From contig OX597828.1 of the NCBI GenBank assembly GCA_951406725.2, forward strand, positions 31,496,001-31,560,000: 64,000 bases of DNA. Reading direction: 5' to 3'. Under the pieces are notes generated by a model. That model had not been told where the DNA came from. It was given only the letters and a program-made list of their open reading frames with translations, and did no database searches. Shown piece by piece: positions 12,326 to 26,020 of this stretch. Origin of the DNA: Octopus vulgaris. Its lineage: Eukaryota. Every line of letters starts with the position of its first letter. Position 1 is the first letter of the stretch. Both the position numbers and the translations under genes were made by a program.

Positions 12326-13932
12326 CATATATCTATATATATAGTCAGTGGAAAATGTAAGTGCCCTGAAAGTAGCTCACCATCAAAGAATTGCTAGTTC
12401 GAAATCTTGGCACTTGTTCGGATTCTACATTGGTAGAATAATGACTTTTGATGAGATAAAGAGAGGCGTTATTTGACGTTTGTGTAGCTAGGGAGAATAC
12501 TAAAGAACAAACCGTTTACAACTAGATTGTGCTGCGGCGTTATGAAATATATAGGGGAAAATGTTAGGAAATCGCATGGTTTTGAATCGCATGGTATCGT
12601 GGCATGATGTTTTTAGTAGATAGAAGGTAATGTGATGTCTATAAAATGGTGTGACCGAAAGTTTATAGACAAGTGAAATATCGTAAAATTATACGCCTTT
12701 ACAATCATTGTTCGTAAAAATCTACATTATGATTATATACTGTTAGAAATCATGAAAGAATATTTCTGTTTGCTGCTCGGGCATCTACATTTGACAACAT
12801 GTATGACATGTTATACATGTCATATTAACATTAACGGTTCCTTACAAATGCTGATGTTCAACAGTTTAATCGCCTTTACGATTTGATTATGTGTTCTCCA
12901 TGCAAATACGGGAGAAGGATTACTTACGCCAATGCTATTTTGCCAATATCTGAAATATTTTGATAAATCTTTAGTATTTCGTTAATTTCTGTTTATATAA
13001 TTAATATAAGGTGACGAAGCGTATATAGATAGAAATAATCATGTCAAATGCCATGGAATAAATGATAATTCAATTGGAGTAAAACAGTACAGGCAAAATA
13101 TTATTGATATACCAAATGAGAGATGTACAAAGCATAACATAAAATGAGTTAAACAAAAGAGATAAGATAGGATTTTGACATGAAATATCCAGTTAATTCG
13201 ATCAGCATTTCATGCAGTGTAATTGCGGACATTGTTGCTTATACACACCAAAGCAATACATGATGAAATCTTTTCCAGGTGATACTGTTCCCGTTCGCCG
13301 AAGCTAACTGACCTTGGTACACTAGAATCATTAAAAGTATAAATAAATCTGTTCCGATTCATGGATACTGAGATTGCAAAGGGTTTTAGATGATAGGGGA
13401 GTATTTCTTTATAGCTCCTGTATAAGCATTGAGATGTTGGTAGAGAGGACAGTTACGGTGTTGCAAAACTGATAATAGTGTGTGTCAGGGATGAACTGAA
13501 ATCTGTGTGATTTCATAGATAATAATAGACAGTGAGTGAAGAAACCCTTGATGAGTGGATGAGAATTTATTAAAAGTACTAATCGTAACTGCCCCTGTTC
13601 AGATAATGGAGCAAATATTATTACTGAGTGGTTGTATGAAGATAGAGAAAAATCTTGTTAGCTATCTTAGTCAGGTATGCAACAGATTTCCCGAATTTAT
13701 TATACATTGATGATGCTGCAGGTTTTATTTACTTCCACACATTTTATTATATACGCATTTATATATGTAATTAAACATCGATGAATGCATATGCATACAA
13801 GTGAACGAGTATGTGTATGAATGTGTGGACACTGAACGTATATACATATGAGAAGCTAATTGCTTGGGTATATAAAATTTAATCATGCAATTTCATTTAT
13901 TTGATGAAATTCGGAAGTCATTATCTCCAAAG

Positions 13933-13933
<1 letters not shown>

Positions 13934-13982
<49 letters not shown>

Positions 13983-14175
13983 TATATACATATATATTGA
14001 TATATGTACACACATACGCACATACATATATATATATACATACTGATATGTATATACATATATTTTATATATGAAGATTTGTGCGTGTATATATATATAT
14101 ATATAAATATATATTTCTATATATATGTATCTATCTATATATGTATATATGTATATATGTATATATATATAAATA

Positions 14176-14249
<74 letters not shown>

Positions 14250-14285
14250 GTATATGTGTGTATGTCTGCGCGAGTGTGTGTGTAT
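13934..14285. repeat. (TA)n-rich microsatellite field
   Basis: Direct reading. Confidence 0.95.
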
Positions 14286-14821
14286 AAGATTTTTGATACA
14301 TTAGCAAAATTTAATTCGACATGTAAATAAGGTCTAGTGAGCAAATAATTTTTCCGAGTTAAATTAATATATTTTTTTTTGCCTTTCTAAGAATAAGTCT
14401 AAAAATTAAACAAAAAATAATATGCATAGATATTTAATTAATTTCCAACTCTAAAATTTGATAAAACATTTTTGCTAGAATTTCTCTTTGAATATTAAGA
14501 ACGCTGCGTTTTAAATTTGTTATGAATGTAGCAATATTTAAATTCATGTTGCACTTCTAATTAAATATATTAACGTTTTACTGGTGAGCACGTTGGTGTT
14601 GAGTGGATTGTGGATGGCTGTAACACACCGCTACGTTAGACACTACCATATGTTGCAAGTATTCGATTAAGAAACTCGATGTCTTCTCTGACATTGCCCT
14701 ATCCAACTTAAAGCTATGCAGCAGCTGCATCTGACATACAAATATACCGCTGCCTGTAAAGGTATTCGATACAGCATCTGTTAAATTGATAGGGGCAACT
14801 ATTTAAGACACAATTATATAT

Positions 14822-14861
<40 letters not shown>

Positions 14862-14894
14862 ATATATATATATATATATACATATATACATACA

Positions 14895-14932
<38 letters not shown>

Positions 14933-14963
14933 TCTATTTATCTATCTATCTATCTATCTATCA

Positions 14964-15280
14964 ACAGGAGTGGCTGTATGATAATTAGCTTGCTTACTAA
15001 TCACATGGTTCCAGATTCAGTCCCACTGCGCAGAAACTTGGGCAACTGTCTTCTACTATACGCACGGGCCAGCCAAAAACTTGTGAGTGGATTTGGTAGG
15101 CGGAAACTGAAAGAAGCCCGTCGTATATATATATATATATATATATATACCGGGTGTCCCCAAAAAATGTATACACACCTTAAATAATTGTAAATTTGTT
15201 ATTCTTTGTAAGCCTAGTACTTAATCTATCGTTCTCTTTTGCCGAACCACTATGTGTATACATTTTGGGAGACACCCTGC

Positions 15281-15356
<76 letters not shown>

Positions 15357-15603
15357 TTGTGTGTGTGTGTGTGTTTGTGTGCGTGTGTGTGTGGGTGTGT
15401 TTATGTTTGCATCTGTTTTTGTACCCTCAGCATCGCTTGACAACTGATGCGTGTGTGTTTACGTCCCCGTAACATAGCGGCTCTGCAAAAGAGCCCGATA
15501 GAATAAGTACTAGGTATACAAGAATAAGTCCTGGGGTCGATTTGCTTGACTAAAGGCGGTGCTCCAGTAAGGACGCAGTCACATGACTGAAACAAGTACA
15601 AGA
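14964..15603 (+). mobile_element. SINE family A with a MITE inserted in its central TA tract
   Basis: Head 14964-15125 and tail ~15400-15603 match the copy at 1648-2050. Confidence 0.88.
15150..15279. mobile_element. Tc1/mariner-type MITE (130 bp, ~28-bp TIRs)
   Basis: TA|CCGGGTGTCCCCAAAAAATGTATACACA ... TGTGTATACATTTTGGGAGACACCCTG; termini resemble CAGGGTG. Confidence 0.8.
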
Positions 15604-15624
15604 AAATAATATATATATACATGC

Positions 15625-15705
<81 letters not shown>

Positions 15706-15736
15706 TGTGAGTCTATATATAATACATACTAAGAAA

Positions 15737-15778
<42 letters not shown>

Positions 15779-16066
15779 TATATATAGTATTTAAATACTA
15801 TATACATAGTATATATATATAATACATACAGGAAATCACCATGAAGCGAAAAACAAGTAAATACACGAGGGGTAAGTACTGGACAAAATAACAAAGGTCT
15901 TAGGCATCCTCAGTTGTCAACTGTTTATTACTCCCTATTTAGAGCTTTTAGCGATAACTTAGGAAATCTTGATAATAGAGCTGCATCCAGAAATTAAAAA
16001 AAAAACATCATATACATATATACCTTGTATATTATATTATATATGTGTGGGGGTTGTGTGTATATA

Positions 16067-16220
16067 CCAGAGGGCGCACACTCTCCTACCGTGATGTAAT
16101 CTCCAGGGATACAGGCATCCACCAACAGGACCTCCGTAATGCTATGATGGACCGTGAAGTCTCGCGTAACATAGTAAATTCCATTGTCTCGACCACGGTC
16201 GAACAATGATGATGATGATG
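16067..16220 (+). mobile_element. RTE-type LINE 3' end with (TGA)n tail
   Basis: RGRTLSYRDVISRDTGIHQQDLRNAMMDREV.RNIVNSIVSTTVEQ* followed directly by TGATGATGATGA. Confidence 0.75.
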
Positions 16221-17611
16221 TATATGATACAATGTTTGAATATATACGTATATTGTAAACTATATTTTAATAAATTATAGTCGTTATTAGTATGTGGGAA
16301 ATATTTAAATGGAGATGTTTGTGTTGTTTTGCCAATGATCTGGTTGCAATTATGTGTCACTACGGATTAGAGAGGACAAACATATATGACAGAAAACTGC
16401 ATGAAATATATTACAATTTCCTAGGTACGTTTATTGATGACGAAATGCAAAAAGATACTTCGAGACATACATTTGATAACTCTTACAATGTAAAAAGAGA
16501 ATTTGTTTCAGTGTGGTGCATTTATGCTGGCGAATAAAGAACATACTATTGATTCGTCAGAAATATAATATAAATTTGTCGGAACTAAAAGTCATTTGTA
16601 CTAAATAATAAACAAAGGTTTATAGGTGGATATTTTCCCTGCAAAATTCTATACAGTATTTATTGACGTGCTACACAGATCTGTACATTTTCAATAGTAA
16701 AATAAATAGTATCCGTCTTGTGAAGAATAAAATCTGATAGAAAAGTGTAATGTATTGCGTGAGGTATATTCAGAATCCTTACATGTTTTCAGAACACTAT
16801 GAACTATTAAATTGCCGATCGTAAAGTAATTGCTCAATGACAGCGAACCACGTATTCGAATTCTTGTCTTTTCTCTAAGAAGTCAAAAGTTGCATACGTG
16901 ACTGTCTATGAAGCAACTGCCATCACTGTCTTGGGAAGACGATATGTTACGTGCTACAACGAAATTAAACGGTCGAAATTTCTAAGCCCCTCAAGGAAAC
17001 TTGTATACGTTTACGATCTATATCGCATTTTATATATTCACTCGCAAACGGGCGCTCTGGACTAGTAATGTGTGAAGGTGAAAAGGTTCAGTAGTTCATA
17101 ACTGAATGTCATCAGATTTTTATTTCTTGGCAAACTAGAGTTAACATTAACACTTGAAAATACATTCTGGCGAAATACGCAAAGTGACTCGCTTCGTAGG
17201 TGACACAGGGAACATAGCCAGATAAACTTGCATCACATATAAGTTGAAATATACAACATAGATGGACAACCGACATAATATCATGCTTTAACTATATTGT
17301 AAGGCGATGGTGGTAGAAGGTTGTGAGAGAAGTAGATTAAATATAATATAATCTGCATTTCTTATAACTCAAACAATTAGTGATTTACGAAGTATTCACT
17401 AAATGCTTGTCTTAGAATGAAGTACCTGAAGAATAACAGAATGAAGTGGTAATATATTCAATGATAAAATGTTTATTATGAAATATACTTATAGGCTCAA
17501 TATATGTGCACGAATCAAAATCTAATACATTATGTATCGAAAACTATCTTAGGGTCGTTTGTAACCCACTTTTACAAGTACGTTTAACCGAAAGAGGTAT
17601 ATTCATTCATC

Positions 17612-17613
<2 letters not shown>

Positions 17614-17643
<30 letters not shown>

Positions 17644-17649
17644 CATACA

Positions 17650-17680
<31 letters not shown>
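17614..17680. repeat. (ACAT)n microsatellite
   Basis: Direct reading. Confidence 0.95.
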
Positions 17681-17683
<3 letters not shown>

Positions 17684-17857
17684 AAACATGCAAATCTGCA
17701 CATATGTATATACATTTATGCATACATACAAACAAAAATACCCAGGTGTTGATCTTGAAATCCAATGAAGGAACATTGGCTCTAGGTAAGAAAGCGGATC
17801 TTTCCCTATTGGCATACAGGCATACATAAATACTTACATACAGACAGACATACGTAC

Positions 17858-17952
17858 AGAAGAAGAAGAAGAAGAAGAAGAAGAAGAAGAAGAAGAAGAA
17901 GAAGAAGAAGAAGAAGAAGAAGAAGAAGAAGAAGAAGAAGAAGAAGGAGGAG
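17858..17952. repeat. (GAA)n microsatellite
   Basis: Direct reading, about 29 units. Confidence 0.95.
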
Positions 17953-18529
17953 GCATTTTTATATACTGAATAATATATATCTAATATAATGCTTATATCT
18001 ATTTTTTTCTCATGCTAGAACATTCTAGTTATTCATCCTCTCAATATTCACAGGACTTTTCAACTTCTCGCACTGTCCTCCCCACCCTCACGTTGGTATA
18101 CTATTTCAACACTCACTCGATAATGAATTCTTCTTTGGATTTTTCTAGGGAGTATACCTGACGAGAAACCGACTCAAATTGATTTGATTAAACCCTCTTA
18201 ACCTACTGAACATAATGAACCATAATGAGCTGCAATGAATATAATTAAAGAAGAGCTTTAATTATATTAATTATAAGAATATAATTAAAGGGGAGCTTCC
18301 ACTGTTGTCATACATTTTTTTATACATTTCTCCGATGACGGAATACCTGGTTTAATAAAGTCTTCAATCGATACGATAATCCAATTGACGTGATATCCCA
18401 GAATGAGCTATCAGACACTATCTTTACCAGTTTTGTAGTATTTTACTATTTGTCGATTGAATGAAACAAATTTAAATGCCATATATGTATAATCAAAAGA
18501 GAAAAGCGTTATTCATATAGTAAGTGAAT

Positions 18530-18838
18530 CAGAACCCCACCCACCATATTTATCACACATTATCCCATCTGATTATCATTCATTCTGAAATCTTCAAAAT
18601 CATTTGGACGGAAAGATATAAAGTCAGTTGACGAGGTCAGATCAGTACTGGAGGAACATTTTTCGTCACTGACGAGTGAATTTTGGAAAAAGGGGCCTTG
18701 CAAGTCTAACAAATAGATGGGAGAGCATTGTAGAAAATGAGGGAAAGTATATTTTAAATTAAAACGAATTTGTTTATCTAAATTTTGAAAAAAAAGTGAT
18801 GTATAAACAGTTGCATTATTTATGGGATGACCCAATAT
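18530..18838 (+). mobile_element. Mariner 3' portion with right TIR
   Basis: PHPPYLSHIIPSDYHSF*NLQNHLDGK...EFWKKG..SLTNRWESIVENEGKYILN*, then a TTATGGGATGACCCAATA terminus. Confidence 0.8.
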
Positions 18839-18999
18839 ATTTGAAATATTTCTTCCCCTGGCTTACATTTTTTATAGCGATTAATCAATGCAAAATCAAA
18901 TGTGTTGTTTTCCTTTCCCAAGGCTGGCAAAGAAAGAATTCAATGAAAAAGATGACGACCGAAGGATCGAATAATGAAAGGTGAAGCACCTTAAAAGTC

Positions 19000-19485
19000 A
19001 AATATTAGAGTCAACTAGAAAAAGCTGAAGCATTATTTCGTTCAGTCCGCCGTGACCTCTACATCATTCTCATGATGTAGAATATATACCATTAGCATTG
19101 GTCAACTGATGTTGGCATCAGTATTTGGGTACATCCAAAGCTTGGGCCGTGCTATCCGTCCACAATATAAGTCACACTCGCATCACATAAAATAATACGG
19201 TACAAGTATTTCACCTCAATTGGCCCCGCTCTCTTTAACATTACACCAAAATACATTGAAACACAAGCAGACGCCTTAAAGTTCAAAACTTCTTTGAAAA
19301 AAATTCCTTCAAGAAATGCCAAATACAACTCTTACACCCAAATGTGTCCTCCTAAGCAATAACTCCTCGAGTTGGCCTTGGTGTCCGAATCCTGTTTGAA
19401 TGATTTTGCCAGGAGGTGCTAAAGGCTTAGACATGGCCTGGGTTAATACTGGCCGAAACCTATTAAAGTACCAAAGCAAAGTATA
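19000..19485 (+). mobile_element. CR1/L2-like LINE 3' end relic
   Basis: Degenerate LEKLK.Y...RR..YII and IGPALFNITP...FK..L..FL motifs, then a short 3' UTR with an AAAGTA-type tail. Confidence 0.55.
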
Positions 19486-19498
19486 TATGCATATCTAT

Positions 19499-19574
<76 letters not shown>

Positions 19575-19619
19575 ATATCTATCTATCTATCTATCTACCT
19601 AGCTATATATCTACCTATC

Positions 19620-19677
<58 letters not shown>

Positions 19678-20255
19678 TAAACATAGATATATACATATAT
19701 ACAGATACGTGTATACATGTGTGTTTGTGCATGTATGTATATATATATATATATATATCTTCTAGCCTTCTCTTATTTTTTCTCCTCTTCCCTCCTTCAC
19801 CGTTTTCTATACGTCTCTTTCTCTTTCCTCCCTCTCCCTCTCTTTCATTGCTCGCACATGCCCATCGTCCATCTTTATTTTTCTCACGTAACCATTTTCT
19901 CTTTTCCAAGAATATATGTCTTCCACCGTTCACTATTTTCCTCCATGTTTGTTTCCGTTCGTTTTCCTTGTATGTCTCCACGTTCATGATTTTGTTCCCA
20001 AATTTCACCCTTCATAAATCCAAAATTTTATTTTAGAATTTATGGGAGCAACTGTCTTTGAAGATTCCTACTGTCATTGAATGCACGAAAGGAGGAGTGA
20101 ATAGACAACCGACAACTGATGAAGGGTCCTTTCTCTGTGTTTACTTGTCTTGTTTTTCTTTTTTTTCGTTGTTTACGTATATAACTCATTTGTTTACTTT
20201 TTTGATGTTGTTTGCACCGTTCTTTCATATTGTTTGCACGACTTGTACCTACATA

Positions 20256-20310
<55 letters not shown>

Positions 20311-20316
<6 letters not shown>

Positions 20317-20739
20317 GTTATCGCCATACTAGTATGGCATTCTTATAAAAATAAGAAAAAAGCTGTCCGCTTATTAGCTCCATGAGGCCATCGCCTTAAG
20401 TTAGCTATTTGATACACAAACTGTATCCATATAACCTTCGAACAAGGGAGGTCAGTCGCTCCACACTACTTGACCGGCAGCTACAGACGCGTTTCGGGTT
20501 ATTGCCCCTTTTCAATGCAGCGTAGCCAGCCAGTAGGTGTCGCTTCCGACAATCTCTGTTCGATGGTTTTATTTACCTAGTTTCGGTGGAATACATCCAC
20601 TTGTTTTCAATAATAGAAATATTAAAATAACTAAGTCTCTCTAAGAATGCCATATTAGTATGGCGATAACTATTATTTTCCGGGAACGCTGCCGCTGTTC
20701 TCTTTTAGAGAGACTTAGTTATTTTAATATTTCTATTAT
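20311..20739 (-). mobile_element. Non-coding Penelope-like pLTR / retrozyme-like element in (TA)n with interlocked inverted repeats
   Basis: IR A 20311-20345 vs 20642-20676 (34/35); IR B 20610-20644 vs 20705-20739 (35/35); contains a hammerhead; flanked by (TA)n on both sides. Confidence 0.65.
20465..20535 (-). ncRNA. Type I hammerhead ribozyme (U3-A8 core variant)
   Basis: Minus strand: GCTGCA-TTGAAAA-GGG gcaataa CCC-GAAA-CGCG-TC-TGTAGC; 6-bp stem I extends further past an internal loop; GUC cleavage triplet; ACGCGT palindrome in stem III. Confidence 0.7.
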
Positions 20740-20805
20740 ATATATATATATATATATATATATTTACTATCAATCTGTCTGTCTATCTATCTATCTATCT
20801 ATCTA

Positions 20806-20899
<94 letters not shown>

Positions 20900-20903
20900 T
20901 ATT

Positions 20904-20977
<74 letters not shown>

Positions 20978-23289
20978 ACATTATGTAGACAATGATGTTT
21001 TTTAGATGAATACATTTGAGGTGTAATAATATATTGTTACATCTCAAATGCGGGATCAATTGATGTGAAATACTTGTACCGTATTGATTTTTTTTTATAT
21101 GATGCGAGTGTGATTTATTTTTTGACGGATAGCACGGCGTCCAAAGACTTGGATGTAAAAGGTTGAGGAAGATCAATATAATCACGGGTTTTATTTCGAG
21201 TGAGACATTTACGGAACACATAGAAGTGAATATAATGTCAACTAAGCTGTGTATGTTAATCTGCTTTTGGTTATCTTTAACATGTACAAATACGTGGTTA
21301 ATCTTGTGGTTACGATTGACGGAATAATATTATGTCGGACTGTATATCTACATGATAACTGACGTGTAATGTAATGTGTTTGCAGAAGGCATTTTGAATA
21401 TTATCATTTCTGCTAAAGATACAGCTACCGAATGCCGTTGTTGAAGCTAGGGCATGGTGCACCGGCTTAATGTATCTAAACGCGAGCAAGCTGACACTGA
21501 ATTTACAACATTGTTTTCCCTGTCGTATATGTAGCGGGAAGCCATATTATTGCTGTCTTTCCTTTCGTTTTGTCTTGTTTTGTGGCATTCTTATCGTCAA
21601 CGCTGTTGTATAAATGTTTTATATTGATGCTTCCAATGTCACTTCCCCTGGTAACAAGAGATCCAAAATATATTTTAGGTAAAAAAGCAAAAAGAGAAAC
21701 GTGCACTGTTATTGTTTGTTTATATTTATTTTTAGCTTTGTTTTTTGTTTTCCGTTGCAGTTGCTGCTTGACATGTAGTTGTTGGTTTTCCTTTCGTTCT
21801 CACCACCAATGTTGCTGTCCATTGAAGCGCCGATCCCTGTCTCCTTGTGTTGTACCATATCGCTGCACGTGCTGTTGGATTCAGCACACATATTATTAAG
21901 CCTATCTCATTAAATTTTCAGATAAAAAGGTTTTTGTTGCATTTTAGAAATAAAAGGTTACGAGTTAAAAAATAACCTTCGTATTACTGGTACTGTAGAT
22001 TTCATGCCTTCAACTAACATCCGCCACCTCGGCAAATTAAATGTAATGTCATATTTAATATAACTTTATCCCCTGACTGCAATGTAAAATAAGAATTCCC
22101 ATGAGGTATGGGGGAAATACAGCTTACACCTATCAACTGAATACGGCATCATGCGAAAGCTGCACATTACTACAAGAATTCGGGGATTTTACTCTCATCC
22201 TAGGAAGACAAGTTCAGATAGTATTTTCATTTTCATATGGCATCAGTGACGCACGGATGTCTCCAATAATGTCCCTTTGCTAGTGATTAAGAAAGTGTTT
22301 CATAGTTCGAAAAACCAAACTTCCGTGTTGATCATTAAAAAAAAACATTGTTTTTCTGACCCCTAATTAATCGCTTGCTTTATTATCATCCTTTTGCCAG
22401 CTTTCTTTTTACTAGCATAGTTAGTGACATGCCCTCATAATATTCTCTACTTCCATGACATTTGAAAAGATATTATAGAAGTGTTGACAAAGGAGACTAC
22501 GTCGAATTTTGGAAAATTCTATAATGAATAAGTTAACGATTGTCCCGAAATATTCTTTTAGCAGCTAAACTGCATAAGAAGTCTATTTAATCCCAGTAAT
22601 TTAATAAATACTTCTGTGAATTAAATTAATAATGTATCTGCAACATAATATCAACGATTTGAAAGCAAATTATTTAAAGTTTATATCATGAAGTAAATCT
22701 TGTATGGTATTATATTTTGTAGAAATGAGAAATCACAACGTGTCCTGCATTCATATGGAAAATACTGCTATATAAATTGTGATAATAAAGTTCGTGTAGC
22801 CTACGAGCGTTTTGTATCAGTTAGCATGAAGTATATCAATGAATTAGAGTGTAATTTTCTGCTAAATTTAAGTATACTTTTGGTTTACATAACAAAAAAT
22901 ATAAGAAAATAATTTTTATCTTTTTGATATCACCTACATTATATTTGAAATTGTTAGAAATTTCCGACCGGAAAAATTATTCACATACCATAAGCTAATT
23001 TACATGATATCATTATCTATACGTCGGGGACCTCTGGCAGGTATTACAATTTATGAAACCCATTGCCCTAAGTATTTTATCTATTGTATTTTTATTACAA
23101 AATCTATGATATTTCATGATTAACGTCAGTTATCATACAGATATACATTCGTGTTATTTAAGTCTCTGATAAGATCCAGCAATTGTTATACTTAATTAAT
23201 AATTATAAATATTATCAATACAATTATGAATTTGAAATGACAATATGGCACAGTTGAGGTATATTAATTTAATATTATAATGAATCGGA

Positions 23290-23495
23290 AGGCGACGAGC
23301 TAGCAGAGTCGTTCGCACGGCATGCAAAACGCTTATCAGCATTTTGCCAGTGATTTTGTTCAAATTCTGCCCAAGGCTGACATTACATTTAGTCTCTTTT
23401 GTGGTCGATAAACTAATGACTGTTTGCAAACTGGAATCAATCTAATCGCCCTATACCTCTTCGGAGATTGCTGGTCTTGTGCCAAAATTTTTGAA
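23290..23495 (+). mobile_element. SINE family B, degraded
   Basis: AAGGCGACGAGCTAGCAGAGTCGTT head and GTTCAAATTCTGCC core. Confidence 0.7.
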
Positions 23496-23522
23496 GCAAT
23501 ATGTGTGTGAACATATGTAATA

Positions 23523-23562
<40 letters not shown>

Positions 23563-24479
23563 TTCACACATACAGGCACACTTAGACGTGAGAGCGTGCG
23601 CACACACACACATACACACATATATAAATATATATATATTTGCATGTGTTTGCTTGTATATTGGTCACATGTAAGTATATAGGTGTTTATACTTGTATGT
23701 ATGCATTTCATTTGTGTTTTCGTTCTGAGTTCATAAGCAACCGGAGTTGACTTTGCCTTTCATTCTGTTGGCATCCATAAAACAAGTACCAGTTGGACGC
23801 GGAGGTTCTTTATATTGGATTAAAAGCAGTGCCTATGCTTGCTTACTAAACCTCGGCAGTTAGATATAAAAACCTGGCTCCGATGCACACAAAATAACAA
23901 ACGCCACAAAATCCATATGAGGGGCCATATGGTGGTTCTAAATAGGACGATGGGTGAAAATCTATCCCGAACGAATGTTCTACAGAGAAACGTAATACTC
24001 TGGAGAAATACTATTCTTAGGAAAAAGAGACATGATATAAATGTAGCATTTATTATTATCAGCTAAATCAAGTTAGGTACGTGAACACTATTCCATTGCA
24101 ACATGTATAAGGCTAGCTATTTTTCAATTGCTATGTTCCCCACATATGGCAAAAATCTTTGCATGTGCTTGTATTTTTCTGCCCGCAATTCCTGACTTGC
24201 ATTGTTTCTTCTCATTTTCTATCGTTTGGGCATATTTGTTTCTTTCTTCTGTTCATTTTCATGTTTCTACAATGTCCATTCGCATAGCTGCATAGTTATG
24301 TTGATTCTACGGTTAGAGAAGAATATGCACAGGTTTTCTGCATTCTTACTTCTCCTGAATCGTTTCAGTCCAAGAGGATGTAAGGCCTACATACATAATT
24401 ATTATATTCCTCCAACACACTTGCCTTATTCTCTAGTTTAGTGTTTGCAACCTATTGCATTCATAGTTAAATCAGAAAT

Positions 24480-24527
24480 TGAGCAATCCTAAATACGTAA
24501 ATAACGAAGGAACCAATTCTCTATTCT

Positions 24528-24591
<64 letters not shown>

Positions 24592-24850
24592 CTAAGAGGT
24601 AATATATAGATGTAAGATATGTAAGATATGTAGGATATTAATTTGTAAGATATCCATATCTTACATTTATTTTCTTTCCTCCACCTCACTCTCTATTTTG
24701 TATCACATCTAAACTAACTATGACTTAACCATCCTCTCACGCCGTCTCCAATGAAGGAATAGAATTAATAAATATCCTATAAACAGCTGTAATACCTATT
24801 TATTAATGTTCTAATATCTACACAGTCTTGGTTTTTTTATCGTATTACGC
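24480..24850 (+). mobile_element. Penelope-like pLTR relic with decayed hammerhead
   Basis: GTCT-CCAATGA-AGGAATA..TATCCTA-TAAA-CAGCTG-TA-ATAC at ~24743-24796 has a hammerhead layout with two catalytic-core mutations; adjacent to (TA)n. Confidence 0.4.
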
Positions 24851-24874
24851 AAAAACGTCTTATATTAATATATT

Positions 24875-24907
<33 letters not shown>

Positions 24908-25099
24908 TTATATATATATATATATAATGCACTGAATGTAACTCATTTATATCAAACATAAAGCGATGATCTTCAGTAAAAAACACGATAATGGGAAAGT
25001 GTCGATTTGTCTCTTTCAATAACGAGAAAAAGTTAGTACACCATGGGATTTTAATTCTGTGAGTTTCAAGGACACAAGTTCCTTCTTAGATTATTCTAA

Positions 25100-25850
25100 A
25101 GGTTGTCTGCTACTTGGGCCTTGTGAGAAGGTGCTGAGTTTTTTTGAAACACATATACATCCACATATCCAGTACATAACTTATCCAACAGCCGTTATTC
25201 TAAAACCCTGCGGAATGATGTGTCATGAAATGACAAGATCTTCCTTGCAACTATTGAAATCATCATAGTTGCCGGAAATGTTGTGTACATCTCTATGGGG
25301 ACATAACAATCTGTCATTTCCCTTGTTGGCCGTTAGATCTAACAGGAGAAATGGCAGAGTGTTACGGATGAAGTTTTCTAATCAGAGAAAAGAACAAACG
25401 AAGCATGTCATGTTCGTGACAGTTTTAGCTTGAAATGACTGCTTGGCGTGGATCCAACGGTTTCTCTGTTGCTTTACAGATATGAATTGTCTTCACCTCA
25501 GTAGATATTTCTTTTGATTGCTGTTGTGCACCGCAGTTCTGATAATCCATTCCGACACTTGAAATTCTTTGGTGATGGTGACCCCCATTGATTTCCCGGA
25601 ATCCTCACTCATCGATAATGTGTTTAATCCGTTCGATGAATTGCGTCCGAACATTTAGAGTGATTATTTCTTCTCACTGATGACATTAAATATTCCTCCT
25701 GGGTCTTTCAAGTCTATCTGAACTTCATGTACAAAATCCATTGCGGCATTTAGAAAGCTAGCTATTTCGCAATCGTTATACTCCGCAAATATGGCAAAAA
25801 TGTTTGCCTGTGTTTTCATTTCTTCTGCCAGCAATTCCTGCCCCACCGTT
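25100..25850 (-). mobile_element. Tc1/mariner (maT/DD37D-like) transposase relic
   Basis: N-terminal HTH-like segments (..SMGVTITKEFQVSEWIIRTAVH), FSD*KNF first catalytic D, N..NDRLL; many stops. Confidence 0.55.
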
Positions 25851-26020
25851 ACCCGAAATGAAGATAATCCTTTTTAATTTGTATGAGTAGTTTTATATGC
25901 GGACAATTAAATGTCCTCAAATATTCATTGAATGATATTTTGATTTGCTATTCAGATGTTATTTCAGCAAGTATTTAATATGTCGATGTTGAGGTAACTC
26001 TCGCGTTGCATCTGCATCAA

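Noticed and set aside
18328-18380. CCGATGA as another hammerhead core
   Set aside because: No closing stem II or GAAA could be identified downstream
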